Positions 12,712-26,864 of a stretch of 64,000 nt of DNA are shown in pieces. Under the pieces are notes generated by a model. It saw nothing but the letters and a program-made list of their open reading frames with translations. It was not told where the DNA came from and made no database searches. Within the stretch, counting starts at the first letter, position 1; each line of letters begins with the position of its first letter. Source of the DNA: Azolla caroliniana (Eukaryota; Plantae; Polypodiophyta). The stretch spans positions 10,044,001 to 10,108,000 of the forward strand of contig JBHGNT010000001.1 in the NCBI GenBank assembly GCA_043228905.1, read 5' to 3'. The position numbers were made by a program, and so were the translations under genes.

Positions 12712-15700
12712 TCATACATTTGCGAAGAGGCGGTATGTGGTGGCCTCGGATATGATCTGCCGTAAGGATGAGATGCTCCCCAAGAGCATGATGGCCGCGG
12801 CGCCCGACATGATGAGGTAATTCACCCAAAATGTGATGGTCCGTGTGGACGGCTTGAAGATGATGTTGTAGAAGAGCAAAGGCAGGAAGACACAGATGGG
12901 GGTGAAGCCGACTGCGCCCATGAAGGCGCTGAACTCGACGAAAAAGGGGAGCATGGCAGCTAGAAGGGTTGCGGCCGCCACGAAGGCGAAGCGCGAGGCG
13001 AGGCGTGTGGCGAGGTTCCGTGGGGAGAATTTGGAGCTCCCTTGGTCCACCACGGCCGCCTCGAGCCGCTCGAAGGTCGGGTGGAGGTGGATCACCGTGT
13101 ACACGATCAATTGGAGGCACGCGCACGCATTGGCCGTGAAGTAGAGGGATCGTGGGATCAGCGGCCCCGCCCCGCCCCCGTGGAGCATGTTGAGGAGGAT
13201 CACCCCCTCGGCCTTGCTCCCAAATGCCCAATACCCCGTTGCCGCCACCGGGAAGAATGTGAGCACCGCCACCCCGTAGCACACCCCCAACCCTTTCACC
13301 ATCTTCAACTCCACCGGCTCCGCCATCGTCGCCTATGCCAATCATCATCATTCATTCATTTAATTTTACCCCCAGTCCGGCCACAAATTCCATCGACAAA
13401 CAAACAAACAAATCCATTTCTTTTGAAAAAAAATGTTCGAATGGACTACAAATTATAACAATGTTTGAATGGACTGACAAATTAATCCATTTTTAATAAA
13501 GTAGAGAATGGACCGATCACGATCCGATCCGAAACGACATTGGAACAACAAACATAACCCTTGTACCGATCAATGTGTCGCGACATATGTCTTTTTCAAC
13601 TTCTAGGCACACACACACACACACACACACAAACCTCCCTAGCATCTAATAGTTTTTTCTTTTTGTTTTCAGAGCTATATACCACAAATTATAAATTATG
13701 AAGCATCATTAACTCACTTGAATCTCGACCACAAGGGGGTTTGAATAGCTCGTCATCATGACCGAGAACGCCGTGAAGATTCCGAATATTTTGTTCACCT
13801 CCGAGCCTTGCACCATGTAATCGTGAGGCAATGCTTCCTTGGAAAATCCTGAAGGTTAAAGGTTAAAGTGACACCTTATGTTAGGGCCGAGTCTATCTAA
13901 AATGGAAAAATATATCAAAGCTTAGTCATCTAGATGGCAACACTCACCAAAAGTAATAATATGTACAAACAAGGCTAACAAACAAACAAACAAACAAGGC
14001 TCCCCAAGCTTAACAATTAGAAGTTTGAAGGCTCCTCTTAATAGGGGGACACTTGCAATTAAAAAATTTGCTTCATTTTCCTAATATGAAAGCTATGAAG
14101 GGTATCTTTGGAAACGTAATCTTGGATGTCCCCTTCATAGTAAGTAAGTGGTACATGTCCCACTTTATACAAGTCTTTCAAAAGATTTTGTAACTGCTTA
14201 CCACACATTTCAATGCCAAGTGTTGGGTATGCATTTGTATAATATTATGTGTGTGTGCGAGTGTTTATATGTACATATATATATCATAAAAGTTTTAGAT
14301 ATGCAACTTAAATTAAGTCTACAAATAGCGTTTGCTTTATGTTATAAATAATAATTTGCTTGGTTCTTCGGCCTTAATAATGATTTGCTTGGTTGTTCAC
14401 TTGGTATATTTTTATGTCTAGTACATCAACGTACTTTCTTTTTCTAGGGGGGGATTGCATTGCAAAATATTCCATTTGTTTTCCATGTGATCAACTCGAC
14501 ATGTCCTTATTCTAATCGGATTGTCCATATTCGATGTGGTTGCAACCTCTATGTGAGGCACACATACATCTACCGTACAAAACACTTGGGTGTGTAGTTG
14601 GTGACGCGCAGCTATTGCCACTGGTCACAAGAATCGGAAAAAACAAATGAATGGATTGTCCTAAAAAGGGTGCATGACAGAGGCCCAAAAGGTAAGTTAT
14701 TTGACACGTTAGCTCCCTTAAAGGTTAAAGGTTAATGTATTGTTTCGAGAAGAGTTGTTGCGAAACGGGATTGGTTGAAAGCTTAACTTTTAGGACTAAA
14801 ACAATAGAGTTCCTTATGACTTTTCTTGCATTTCAAAAACAACTTGCAATAAAAAAGGAAAAGGTTATATAGTTGGTTATTTTATTCTAATTTATATGAT
14901 CCGTTCTTTGTTCATGATATGCTATCTAATGTTCTCAATGTGTGTGTGTGTGTGACTCACAATTTGTGGTCAATAGTAAACTATGCATGGCAAATAAGTG
15001 TATGGACACACATTGCACATCACGTATTTGTGACCACGTATTTCACACATAATGTGTTCTCTTTTAATATTGCACCTGCGATGAGGGATCCTACTACGGC
15101 GCAAATGCTATAGGTAAAGCATAGTAGAATGGACACCATGTTGAAGTGTCGAAGTGCGTGCATCGATGGGATTTGAGCGAGGAGGAGCACAAGGATTCCG
15201 AAAATAGTTATGAACAAGTACAATTGGAGCGAACCTTCTTCATTGTATGTGTGATACATTTCCTGCACGCACACAATGGAAATAATATTAGATTTGAGTT
15301 ATAATGAATGATTACTGTTATAAAGTGGCAGGGCATGAATGCCATAACCAATGCTTATGAACAGCGTGTGATATTGAACCATTATATGGCCGAGCCCAAT
15401 GTCGGCGAATCACGGGGCCTTCATTATGAATGGTCGAACATTGTATATGTGTGATTTTATTAGGAGAGACAAACTTGGGGCGGGGGGGTACACGAATTAC
15501 CTTGATGGTTTGTCCACCGAGCACGATGCCTCCGATGACCACCAAATAGCACACGGTCAGTTGCAACGGGGCGATGATGTAACATGTGAGCCTCGGACCT
15601 ACAAGGTTTCAAAGTTGTGGGAGAAGTAGATGGCATTAGTGTACATATGTATATGTATGTATGTATGTATTACACACACTATTATAAAATGCTATATGTT

Positions 15701-16613
15701 ATGAGTCCCGACAAATATGGCATACACACACACACACACACACACACACAAATATATAATAGGTGGTTACAACAACTAGATACAATTAATTAATTAGAGG
15801 AGTAATGGTAAAGAAGAAGAAGATTAATGATGATTAATGATGGTGATTAGTGGTTAGTAGAGAGTTAGGTAGCTACCGATCACGTGGAAGCTGAGGTCGC
15901 AGAAGCGGAGGGAGCGCTTGTCGCGAGCTTCCATGTGCTCCATGACTCGGGAGAGCGAGAAGCTGGCGTAGAAGGTGACGATGGCCCCCAGGGCCAGCGC
16001 CATCATGCCGGGCCCCCATCCCAGCGCCGCCATCGCGTACGGCAGGCTCAGGAGAGGCGGCCCCGCCGTCGCCGAGCACAAGTGGTACGCCGCATGCATC
16101 CACGTGCCTTCTCAATGAAAAATAAATCCCCCAACACCAAACATTTTAGTACGAGAGTTGTGATATTTCGTATAGGGATTGGCTTAGGGTTAGGTTTAGC
16201 TTAGAATGCAGGCGTTGGCCGTGCATATATATATATATATATTTATATGATGCTACTAACTAATTAACACTACCTTTGGATTCGATGGCGAATGTTACAG
16301 GCGGCATTAGCATGGATTTCTTGTGCCCGTCATGCTTGGCGATCACCTGCTGCTGCTGCTCGCCGCCGCCGCCGCCATCTCCGCTGCAATGGTGGGAGGG
16401 CTGTTGCGGCTGCTGCTGCTGCTGCTTAAGGGTGGAGGAGTTGTGGAGACCCATTTCCAGGAAGGAGGCGTCGTAGACCACGGGCTTGGAGGTGTGGTGG
16501 AAGGGCACGTGGATGGTGTTGTTGGCAGCCACGTCGCAGCAGCCGGAGGCGGCGGAGCAGCAGGCGGCGGAAGCGGTGGAGGAGGCGGAGATATGGACGT
16601 GGGAAGAAGCCAT
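12712..16613 (-). CDS. GAT1: Amino acid/auxin permease (AAAP) family transporter, GABA transporter GAT1-like, ~535 aa. Exons 16613-16274, 16107-15877, 15598-15501, 15262-15076, 13848-13718, 13332-12712
   Basis: The spliced product reads ESKGTWMHAAYHL..AGPPLLSLPYAMAALGW..LAQIPSMHALRHFN..EIQATMAEPVELKMVKGL..GYWAFG..LPFF..MGAVGFTP..ATTYRLFANV, typical of plant GAT proteins. All introns are GT-AG and the exons sum to 1608 nt, in frame. Orthology to GAT1 itself is not established. Confidence 0.88.
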
Positions 16614-16768
16614 TGTATGTAGTAGGGCGGACCAAAAAGAAGAAGAACAGCCGTGAAGAAGGGAAAGGTTCAAGAACTAATAGCGTGAGCAATGCGAGCC
16701 TTGTATTGGGTTGGGGGCGAGGGAGCCCAAGGCCAAGCCAAACAACACTACTACGCTCAGGATGAGCG

Positions 16769-16889
16769 AGCTATATATAGCTGATTTGATTGATTCTTGG
16801 TGGTGCGGTCACGTGAGGGGGCGGTGGCGGCGGCCAGGTCACGTGAGCGGCGTCGCTGTGGGGGCTAGGGGGCCAAATCCGTCACGTGA
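16769..16889 (-). promoter_or_regulatory. Putative core promoter of the transporter: TATA box plus three TCACGTGA G-box/E-box palindromes
   Basis: AGCTATATATAGCT at 16769-16782, about 160 bp upstream of the ATG. TCACGTGA at 16809, 16839 and 16882 in a GC-rich patch. Confidence 0.6.
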
Positions 16890-19800
16890 TCGGGAAATTC
16901 AAATGGCGAGCAGAGGAGAGGATAGGTATATGTTGTTGGGCCTTCGGCTCTCTCTCTTTGCTCGATGTGTATGTGTGTTTTGTGTGTGAGAAGGATTTTT
17001 TGATTTGGGGGGCCGCATGCCCTCTCTTTTATATTAGCTCCTACAGCCAAAAAAGAAATAAACTAAGAACTGGAAATTAAATAAATGCCCCTTTCTTTCT
17101 TTTTTTCACTTCACTTACATACTTAATAATATCAACCAAAACTTTAAAAATAATAAATAATTAAAAAATAAACTAATTTAAAGATGGAACGAGTTTTTTT
17201 TTTCTTTTTTGGAAAAACAAAATAATAAAAAATATCAACCCAAAAAACAAAAAACGAAAAAATGGGACAAAAAAGGAAATAATAAACCCCTTCTTATATA
17301 ATAATATCCCATTTGTTTTAAAAATCTATAGTTTATTATTATAATTTTCCTTTTTCCTATGGCTGAGACTGCGACACATCACCCACTCATTTTATTCCAA
17401 ATCAAAAACAGGGCCCTCCCCCCCCCCAAACGTGTAAAGTACTTTCCATGCGAGATATTTACTTCCCTTCTTCTTTTTTTCTTTTACCTCGCCCATTCAC
17501 TCTCCTCTTGTAAATAACAAAAATACCCCAATCTAAACACCACAAGTTATAGGTACACTCTCTCCAAATTGTACTCGTCTTCCACGAACTTGTAGCCACG
17601 TATGTACGTTGCCACTCTCGTCCAACTTTCGTGGTATTGTAGTCCTTTTTTGTCATCCCTTTCGTAGGTAACCCACTCGCCACCTGTTCTTATATGCTTG
17701 CAAGTGAGTTGATGCATGCTCCTAGCAAACGAGCAATGCCTACTCAAGCTGGTTGGCTAAATTGGTCCTCTTCCCCTACCTGCTGCCAACACCACAACTA
17801 TTTACTTATCCAGGTTTACTTTTGAGAAGCCGTATAAGAAACGTTGTGAATCATCCAATAGATGGGGGTTAAATATCAGAACACTTGTCACTCAACAGAC
17901 CCATCAAAAACCGATGTAGGTGTGCAAGATTCTACATTGTTGACTTAACGACACAAAGCCATTATTTGCATCTTGGGAAGATTCATCACCATTTGTACAT
18001 TCAATCAAGTGTAATAGTTATGGCTTATGTCGTAGTTCTATGCCATTTGTATATTCTTTCAAGTGCGATATTAATGGCCCGGGGATGTAGTGATTCATTG
18101 CCATCCACATTGCACATGTTGACATTTCATACGCACTGCATAAACAAAATGTATCCGCAATTAATAGAAATAATGTTAGCCATAAAAAAAAGGGTTTACA
18201 TATAGTAACCGTATGATTGCTATTAAGGCAAGCAACCATAACCAATTAATTGAGACATCCAACTTTCTCTTTCTCATGTCTCTCGCAGAACCATATTTGA
18301 TCAAGGAGGAAAATAAAATCTATTCCTCTTACGTATCCATCCATCTATCTATCTGCGTATGTGTGTCTATCGTTAATGACTTCTATGCTCTTCCATCAAC
18401 AATGACAAGTTTTAGGTCACATGATAATCGTATGTGACAAGTCTTACATTCCCATATTGAATGTTGCTCCGGTTGGGTAATTAGTGTTTGAAAAGAACTC
18501 ACGTTTAAAGTAATTTTCACTTGGAGTTATATCAAGCATATCACCTTTAAATTTCAAAGGTATAAATTCTTCAATATATTGGGATACTTCAAATTAAAAA
18601 CTTTCATAATTTGAGCGTATATCTCAAGAAAACAGATCTCATAAGTTGATTTAGGCCAAGGTTTTTTACCTTTTGGTAAAGTTATCCCAAGTTTTCGAGT
18701 CGAGAAATAAACAATGACAAGAAAGCCCGTCAATCTATCACTTATTTGCTTTAACATTTTGCATTTGTTGTCTTTTTTGCCTTTCCAATTGTCACCTAGG
18801 TTTATTCATTTTTGTTCCATGTAGTAAATACAAGACATTATTATCATGGTGAAAAGTAAGGCGAACCTCCTTTTTCTTACGATTAGCATTGGTTCTTGCT
18901 TTTGCTTAACATTTAGTAGTTTTTTCCCTCTAATACCCCGAATGATTTGGAGGAGCCTTAAACGAATTAATCCACTAATGTTACCCACTTTATGACCTAT
19001 TTTCACACATCCTAGGAGAGATATAACCACATGGAAAATGCGTCCACACACTCAACAAACTAGCCTATTCCTTCTCATACAAAAGGGATTTAAAAAAGAG
19101 GAAATAACTAGGTCCTTCTAAAATTGTCTTATTAAGATCAAGTTGACATCCCAACTTTGAAGCTTTGTACATGTCAATGTTTGGAGCTATATATCACCTT
19201 GAAGTTTAGAAAATGTTAAGGCCATTTTTACTAATATCATACCACATGCCAACTAGATTAGGTTCTCGGCATTGACAATGCACCATAAATCACATCAATC
19301 TATACCTTTGGCAATTGAACAAGTTCTTTCTATTATGTATGCGTTTACTTGTCCATCCACGTCCATGTCATGAGAAGGGAGCTAACTTCACAATTGCATA
19401 TACATTGAATCCACGTTTTTGGTAGACTTGTTATATATGGTGGCTCTTTTCTCCACTATTATATTATTCATGACCCACAAAATTTTATACTTTTCAATTC
19501 AAGAATCTGCATGGTATTCACGACAAACTATATATGGTTAAATTTTGTGAATATATTGACATTATATTATGGCCATGGTATTTAGACTTGTTTATGATTG
19601 TAATATGCAAATTTATTGACACATTAGAAAGTCACAACATGTTAGCCTATGGTAATTACTATATCTAATTATGTCATTATGCACATAATATAACAATTAC
19701 GTGTAGTTGCTTCGACATCATGTCCTAATGTCTCATTACTCTATTGAGTTAATAACATGAGGCACCAGGCCTGATATTATAGCATGCGAGTACAGGACAC

Positions 19801-21493
19801 CTAACACATTGATGTGAGAATGTCTATAGCTATTTTCAGAACATAGACAAGTTCATTGTATATAACAGACTCACATTTGGCACCAAACACCAGCCCTATA
19901 TTCAACTGCATCTTCAACAACCATGACACACTCACAATATGATCCAATATACTGCACATTATTGATGTTTCATCTCAACATCTTAATATTTTGCACATGA
20001 TGATGGCACAATCATTTTTAGCATGAACATAATTGAGTTCGATCTTGTGGAAATGGATCCTCTTCACCTGATGGGGGTTCTAATGAGGTTTGTGCATGGT
20101 GTCCATGTGATATTGTGCCAACTAGATGTTTAAACACATCAAATAACACTACTACATATTGTTAGAATAAATTTGAAATCATTTTAGGGGATGGATGAAT
20201 ACTAACACACACCATAATGAGTTCAAACAAAGTCACATGTCTATAAATCCTATATGTCTACAAAGCCACATGTCACATGTCTATAATGAATTTGGAACAT
20301 AATGGATAAGCTACCGCAGTGGTAAACCATAATTGCCTTGTGTTTGAAACCAACAAGCTGTTTTGTTACCTCTCTAATAGGCCATGAGGTATGTAGTGTT
20401 GGACCTATGATATTCTTGTTGATGGCCATTACCTAGTGACCTATACACACTCATGCATTCTCTACTTAATTTTGTATATAAGGTTTCAAATCCCGTAATT
20501 GAACTAGTTGAATATGTAATAGTGCAAATGCATGGGTGAAACCATGCCCTGCTAGCTCATAGGACAACCTCATCAACTAAGGTCACCACGAAACAACTTA
20601 AACACAATGGTGAAGAACTCAAGCTAGAATGCATTAAATCAAAGTCAAGGTGTTTTGTGTTGTACATCATGGGTCGTTTTTATAATATTACTTAAATTAA
20701 AGATATTTTTATTGTTTCCACAAGCACCTAGCTATCATATGTACGGTTTTTTCGTTAATACAATAAGAATGACGCTACGTTTCCATCCTAACAATCCTAG
20801 GGTATTTGCATCTACATAGGAATCAATTTGATAGTCTTCCACTATGGAAGAACATGTAATATGTTTAATGTTGCATACCATTTGTTAAGCTATGTAGTAT
20901 GCATTACAAATATTTATTGAAAGGTATTCTAACTCTAGTGGTGCTAAAACTTCTTTTCTAGATTAGATGTATCAAGAATGACATGATAAAGTGCCTCCAA
21001 GCTATCTTCCATTATACAAAAAAGCTATAACACACACACACACAGACACACATTACATGTTGATGTGATAGAACCCATCAATTTAAGATTAAATTAAATC
21101 GCTTAGTCACGTGACATTTTTTTGTGACATATTTATATTGGTGTATCATATTTGTATTGTTTATTACAACTCCATCATCTTTACACACATTTGTAATTAT
21201 CCAAACCATAACTCTTTTGAGATATAAGGTTTTTGAGGATAACATAGGATTGTAGATGACGAGGTTGGGATATGCAAGTGGTTTCACGGAAAGTTATTGT
21301 AATATCATCAAGATGATATATTTTGAAGAGTATCTATGATCCATGGACCATGATACCAACTTGCCTTGGTCCACAACTAGCAGGTGTATCATGGCTTAAC
21401 TAGACTTTATAGTTTTAAAGTTCATGTATCAAATCATCAATGAAAATTCGCACACTAAGAAATGGGTGAGGGTGCATGAGGGTTAGGCTTAGT

Positions 21494-21494
21494 A

Positions 21495-21541
<47 letters not shown>
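21494..21541. repeat. Compound microsatellite (CT)n(CA)n
   Basis: Seen directly. Other (CA)n or (AG)n tracts lie at ~13608, ~15724, ~22019 and ~22184. Confidence 0.95.
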
Positions 21542-21544
<3 letters not shown>

Positions 21545-22015
21545 GCTTACCGACATCTGATTAAGCATCTTGATACAAGATTCGGAAAGGCAACTTTTGG
21601 GAAGGTTGCGTGTTTGATTGAAAGTCAAAAAACACATGTACACACACAAACAAAGGATGAAAATCCGTATTTCATAAATGCGGAATTGATGCCCTTTAGA
21701 TTGTGATGGAAATACGGATGTAGCAAGTCCCAAGGACATGCTTAGCTAACACACAAGAGAGGGGGTCAAGAGTCTCATTGTGTTTGTCATAACTCTTTAG
21801 GAATAACATTATGTTTGGGGGGGGGGGGGGTGGGGGGCTACCAATGCTAATGTCATCTTAAGGTACATTACGTATACCAAATGGTTGTATGTGTGTGACA
21901 ACAAACCTTTGCAAAACTTGTAAGGTTCCTATTTGAAGTTGTTAGGCTTTGGTTGGTTAGAATTGAAATGTACAAGAAAGTATGAAAAAGGACACAAAAC
22001 AAAGTACAGGAAAAG

Positions 22016-22052
<37 letters not shown>

Positions 22053-22181
22053 AGGGTGGCATTGAGGTTGGGGTTGTAGTAGTATTTAGACCCCTAGAAG
22101 GGTTCTATACTTTGTAGTAAGTCATGGTGGCGTTTTTTTTTCATAATGAAAGCCATTATTTACGAAAAAGAGAGAAAGGGA

Positions 22182-22215
<34 letters not shown>

Positions 22216-22220
<5 letters not shown>

Positions 22221-22411
22221 GAAGGCTACAAAAGAACAGACTCATGAAGGCCTAGTTAGCCTTGCTTTACAAGTGATAATACAACGAAAGCTACAAAAGA
22301 ACACAACTCATGAAGGCCTAGTTAGCCTTGCTTTACAAGTGATAACACAAAGAAGGCTACAAAAGAACATGAGTCATGAAGGCCTAGTTAGCCTTGCTTT
22401 ACAAGTGATAA
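22216..22411. repeat. Minisatellite, three copies of a ~65-bp unit
   Basis: GCTACAAAAGAACA..TCATGAAGGCCTAGTTAGCCTTGCTTTACAAGTGATA repeated three times head to tail. Confidence 0.9.
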
Positions 22412-24579
22412 ACCACTTAAAAAGAGGCCTAAGCTCTTACACCTAGATTTATGTGCACATTCCTATATTCCAATGGAACTCTCTTTTTCTACACATCTTG
22501 GATTCCCCACACCCCCTATAAGGGATCAACAGTCATTAATTACCAACCCTCCTTTTAGGCATCTTTGGGCGTTGTCAAGTTTCTTACTTTACACTCACTC
22601 ATTTGTTGTATTTTGGACATTTCTCCTCTACCATATCAAACTTTACTATGAATTGCCATCACTTAACAATGATGATGTTTGGATATCAATTCCTTATGTA
22701 TGTTTTGGCTCATTAACATCATGCATTTAACTTAGTGGTTTGTTTTCATCAATGATACTCAATATATTTCTTCTCAAGCATATCAAACTTACTATGAATT
22801 ACCATCATGGATCAATAATTAGGGTCTGATCAATAAGTTGAGCATTGATTGAGTTCACCATGCATTCCATATGTTTTATAATGGTCCTAGAGTTGTCCTA
22901 GGAATAGCAAATTGTGTCAAAAGTTAATAGATGTGTTATTTTTTGAGGCATCATTAATACAATATCCCTTAGATTGAACATAATAAATTCCATCGTATTT
23001 TTTGGAAAAAAAAATAAAAATAAAATTCCGTCGTATTTTATCTCTTAGAATTTGGGCATTATTCTTGACTCTAATACTTTTCAGACTTTATCTTATAGTT
23101 TTATGAATGTTTTAAGATATGGATTACAAGCCTTTGTAGGAATGTCCTCAAATCATTAAATTATCCAATGATTCAGTAATGTTTTGCGAAAGATTTTTAT
23201 CACTCTTCTTTCAAATGGAAGTTTACAAAGAATGTTAAATAAATATTGAGAAATGATTAGTGTTTGGAAATTTGTTACTAATATATAGTTAAGCCGACCG
23301 ATAGTGGACCACATGAGTATTTGTAATAAATTATGTGAATATGTAGATGTTATAGATAAACCACAGTTAAAGTATACTGGCTAAAATGATTAGGGGCAAA
23401 ACATCAGTTGGTTGGCAAATGGAATAAACTCACCTAAGACATGTAACACGAGTATCCCTAGAGTTTCCCTCATTAAGAATGAGATGTTTTAAACACATAG
23501 GCTACCTATATTGGCTTACACAATCTATTTGATACCATGACAAGTATGGAACGATTCTAACAAACTTGCATTTACTCTTTAACTTGACAAGCTAACTGGA
23601 GGTTACGAGCAATGTATTCGTTTACTTCCTTCCATCAAGCGTGTGGTTGTAAAGTGACTGACCTTCTCCAAGAACAACATGAGGAATTAGTGTGTACTAG
23701 TGGTATCCAATCCTCATCCATGTTGACAGTCTGTCATCCACTAACACCCCCTCATCACAATTTCCAATTGGCTCCTGATGAATTTACCAACAATGTGATC
23801 TCAATGATCTCACCTTTCGTCGGACTTTAGATACCTTGAGGTCATCATTATAACCATTTCTTGAAATCTTGTGGAGCTTGTTTGCTATTGCTTTATATTT
23901 TTTTCCATATATTTATGTTATTAATATCTTATTTATCTTTTGATCAATATGCTTACATTGATCGAGACACGAGGTTACTTGTTGATAAAGGGCCAAAAAA
24001 ATATGCCAACATGATTTCAGCGACAACATGACAATGAGTGATAGGCTAAAACGGAATGTTCTATTATTAAAAGTATTGTGGCAAAATTAAATTGTAAGGC
24101 TTGTACGTAACTATTATATTACTAATAAGGATTGCACTATGCCCATGCAAATACTATTATCTAAGTTGTGACATGCTTGGGTCACGAAGATAAACCATTA
24201 AAAACAAGGGGCCTTGATGAAAATTAAGAATGGAAGGGGGAAGTGGAATGCACATAAAAGAATAATCAATTAAATGATTGCAACAAGAATGCATTTGTTC
24301 ATTTGGATAAGGTAGATAATCACAATAGAGCGCGCACATTTAAATATTGTTAGGACCAAAAACTTGGAAGCCGCATCATTGAAGTTCAACCACATACATG
24401 CACTAGATGCCATTGGATAAAAAAACACTTGTTAAGTTGAGCAACAAAGAAAAAAAGCATCAAGGACCTATAAAATAAGGTCTACCTTGAATTTTTCAAG
24501 TTCTCTCCATTTAGGAATTTTTGGATTCCTTCATCTTCAATTTTTGGGGGTTCTCCCCTGTAAACTTTTGAACATGAAA

Positions 24580-24863
24580 GTAGGGTTAGGTTAGAGAACT
24601 TTGATAGTTTTATCAAGGAGTTTCAAATGTGTTTCGAATACACCAATACTCTAAGAACAACCATCAAGAAGGTTTAGAAGTTGCAACAAGGAGATTTTCC
24701 TACCTCAATTTGTGCAATAGATTTTTACCTTCTTGAATACGATATCCCTTGGGACGAGGAAGTTTTAATGGAAATTTTGACAAAGGTAAAAAAGGAGTGT
24801 GATATGCATGCCCATCGTGTCCTACAACAATTACAAGAATATATCCTTTATGCCAAACATTAG
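24580..24863 (+). pseudogene. Decayed Ty3/Gypsy gag (retrotrans_gag-like) fragment
   Basis: FIKEFQMCF..LQQG..SICAIDFYLLEYDIPWDEEVLMEIL resembles the LxQG..Y..EF..LA....W.E.AL gag motif. The frame is broken. Confidence 0.45.
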
Positions 24864-25841
24864 AAATGTAGTTTCAGTGTCATGATGTGGAAAAGGGAGA
24901 AAAAGGAACATCCACAAAAATAAGTAAATATGAATAGATGAAAAAGAAACTAAAATAGTTTAAAGTGAATGTATATAAATGGTTAAAGCTATTAAGCTTT
25001 TGAGGAAATGTGAGGATTTCAAGTCTTGAGGGCCAGTTTGTGTGCGGAATCTACCCATTTTATATCTTAATGAAAGAATGGTGGGTGGGCATTTATTATG
25101 GTAGGTGATCCTCTCTCTTCTCACTATAAATGGGAGGGGGAAAGACAAAAAGAGGTTGATTTGTCTTTTTTTTACAAGTTCACCATTTTCTTTGGAGATT
25201 ATCAATTTTTTGGGTATTGCTTTTGAGTTTAAAGAGGAGTTTGTTCTTCCTCCTCTTAAGTATTAGGGTTAGGGTGGGAGAGTGTAATTAGGGCACTTCT
25301 CCATTATTTTCTTGATCATTATCTTCTTCTTGGTTTTTTTGCGTCACCATTGTTTTTAGGGCTTCTCAAGGTATTGGGCCACTTCTTTTCATTGTTGTTA
25401 ACAGTAATTTTCTCCTAGTTTTGGTTCTTCACACCACCCTATGTTAGTAGAGGTTTTCTCATTGAAAGGGAATACTAAACATTGACCTTAATCTAATATT
25501 TGTTGTAATAGAAATTTGTTAGTCTTAAACATTTATTATTATTGAAGAAGTATTGAAATGGTTCATAATTATGAGCTACGAGGGCTTGTTTCCGAATATA
25601 GCTACTTTTGTTATTGTCTATGGATATGGAATACCTTGGAATTTGTCTAGTGTGGAATAGCTTGCAAATTACTGTATTGTTTTCTCTACTTTGGAGTACA
25701 TAGTTTTGTTTCCTCAGCCATTGTCTTACACAAGACGGGCTTGAGGAAAAAATACTTTGTTTGTTGTAACTGTTATGACCTTTTTATACAACTAATGGAA
25801 GGATATTTTGTTTTGAAAAAAAACATTTATTAATATCATTA

Positions 25842-25983
25842 GGAAATTGGTAAATTCACAGTTTTTTCCGTATTTTCACAATTTTTTTGGGGGGATGGAA
25901 TTTGGCTATCATTTGTAATCATATTTTTGAACTAAAAAAAAAACTATGAAAATACAGAAAAAACTGTGAATTTACCAATTCCC
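25842..25983. mobile_element. 142-bp MITE with ~36-bp TIRs and a perfect 8-bp TSD
   Basis: GGAAATTGGTAAATTCACAGTTTTTTCCGTATTTTC is the near-perfect inverse of GAAAATACAGAAAAAACTGTGAATTTACCAATTCCC. TATCATTA flanks both sides (25834-25841 and 25984-25991). Confidence 0.85.
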
Positions 25984-26864
25984 TATCATTATGTCGTTTT
26001 TTCCCCCATAAAAATATCTTCCATTGGTATTAAACTTAAAGTGGCCAAAGCCAATATACAAATAGTCTATAATATTTTCCATCTCAACAAGTATAGATCA
26101 TACGAGAAAGGACCAAAGGTAAGTGTTAGCATCAATCTCAATGTTCATCACCGAAAGAGATGTTGTTCTAGATTTAATCTCAATGTTTATCACTGTTGCC
26201 AAGAACAAATACTGCTTAAGATGTGTAGGAGAACTATCATCTCTGGTTCAGCTTCAATCTTGCCCTTATTATCCAACAAAAGTAATCTTGTATTACCATG
26301 TCAATTGATCTGATCTTAAATCACCATCAAGAAGGAAGAATGCTACAGCAAGATCACGACGGTGTTTTCCATTAGAGCATATTCATTTTAATGCAACAAC
26401 CTGTTTTTTCTAATACTGAAAATCTCAAGTTAGAAATACATACAAAACTTTATCCTTCTCATCTCTGCTCAGCTTAAAAAGACTCATTAAAACATTCTTG
26501 TGCTGTAAAGCAAGGTATACCAGTGCATAGTTTTTGGGATCCTTTTCAGACAAGTATTACACTCTAGCTAGCTTCTCCATCAGTAAACCAAAAACCGATT
26601 CCCAATGCTCGCACGACATGCCATGCGTATTTATGTAGAGGCACTTGATATGAAAACCTAGTCATCTCTCTGTCGAAAGCCATGGTTCCATTGAACTGCT
26701 CTTGGATTGCTATAGACATATGTATGTCCCAAAGCATCAGTAATAACAATTATACATGGGCACATGCTTCATGTCGGTGGAGGAAATACCCAGAGTGGTG
26801 GCTAATACCTCCAATGTATACCACCATTAACCATGTAGAATACCTTCATCCTTTCCTATCTCTT

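Noticed and set aside
12680-13458. Several long overlapping and antisense ORFs over transporter exon 6
   Set aside because: These are shadow ORFs from high GC content, with no recognisable motifs.
22216-22411. Regularly spaced repeats resembling a CRISPR array
   Set aside because: Units are head to tail with no unique spacers, there are no cas genes and the context is eukaryotic. It is a minisatellite.
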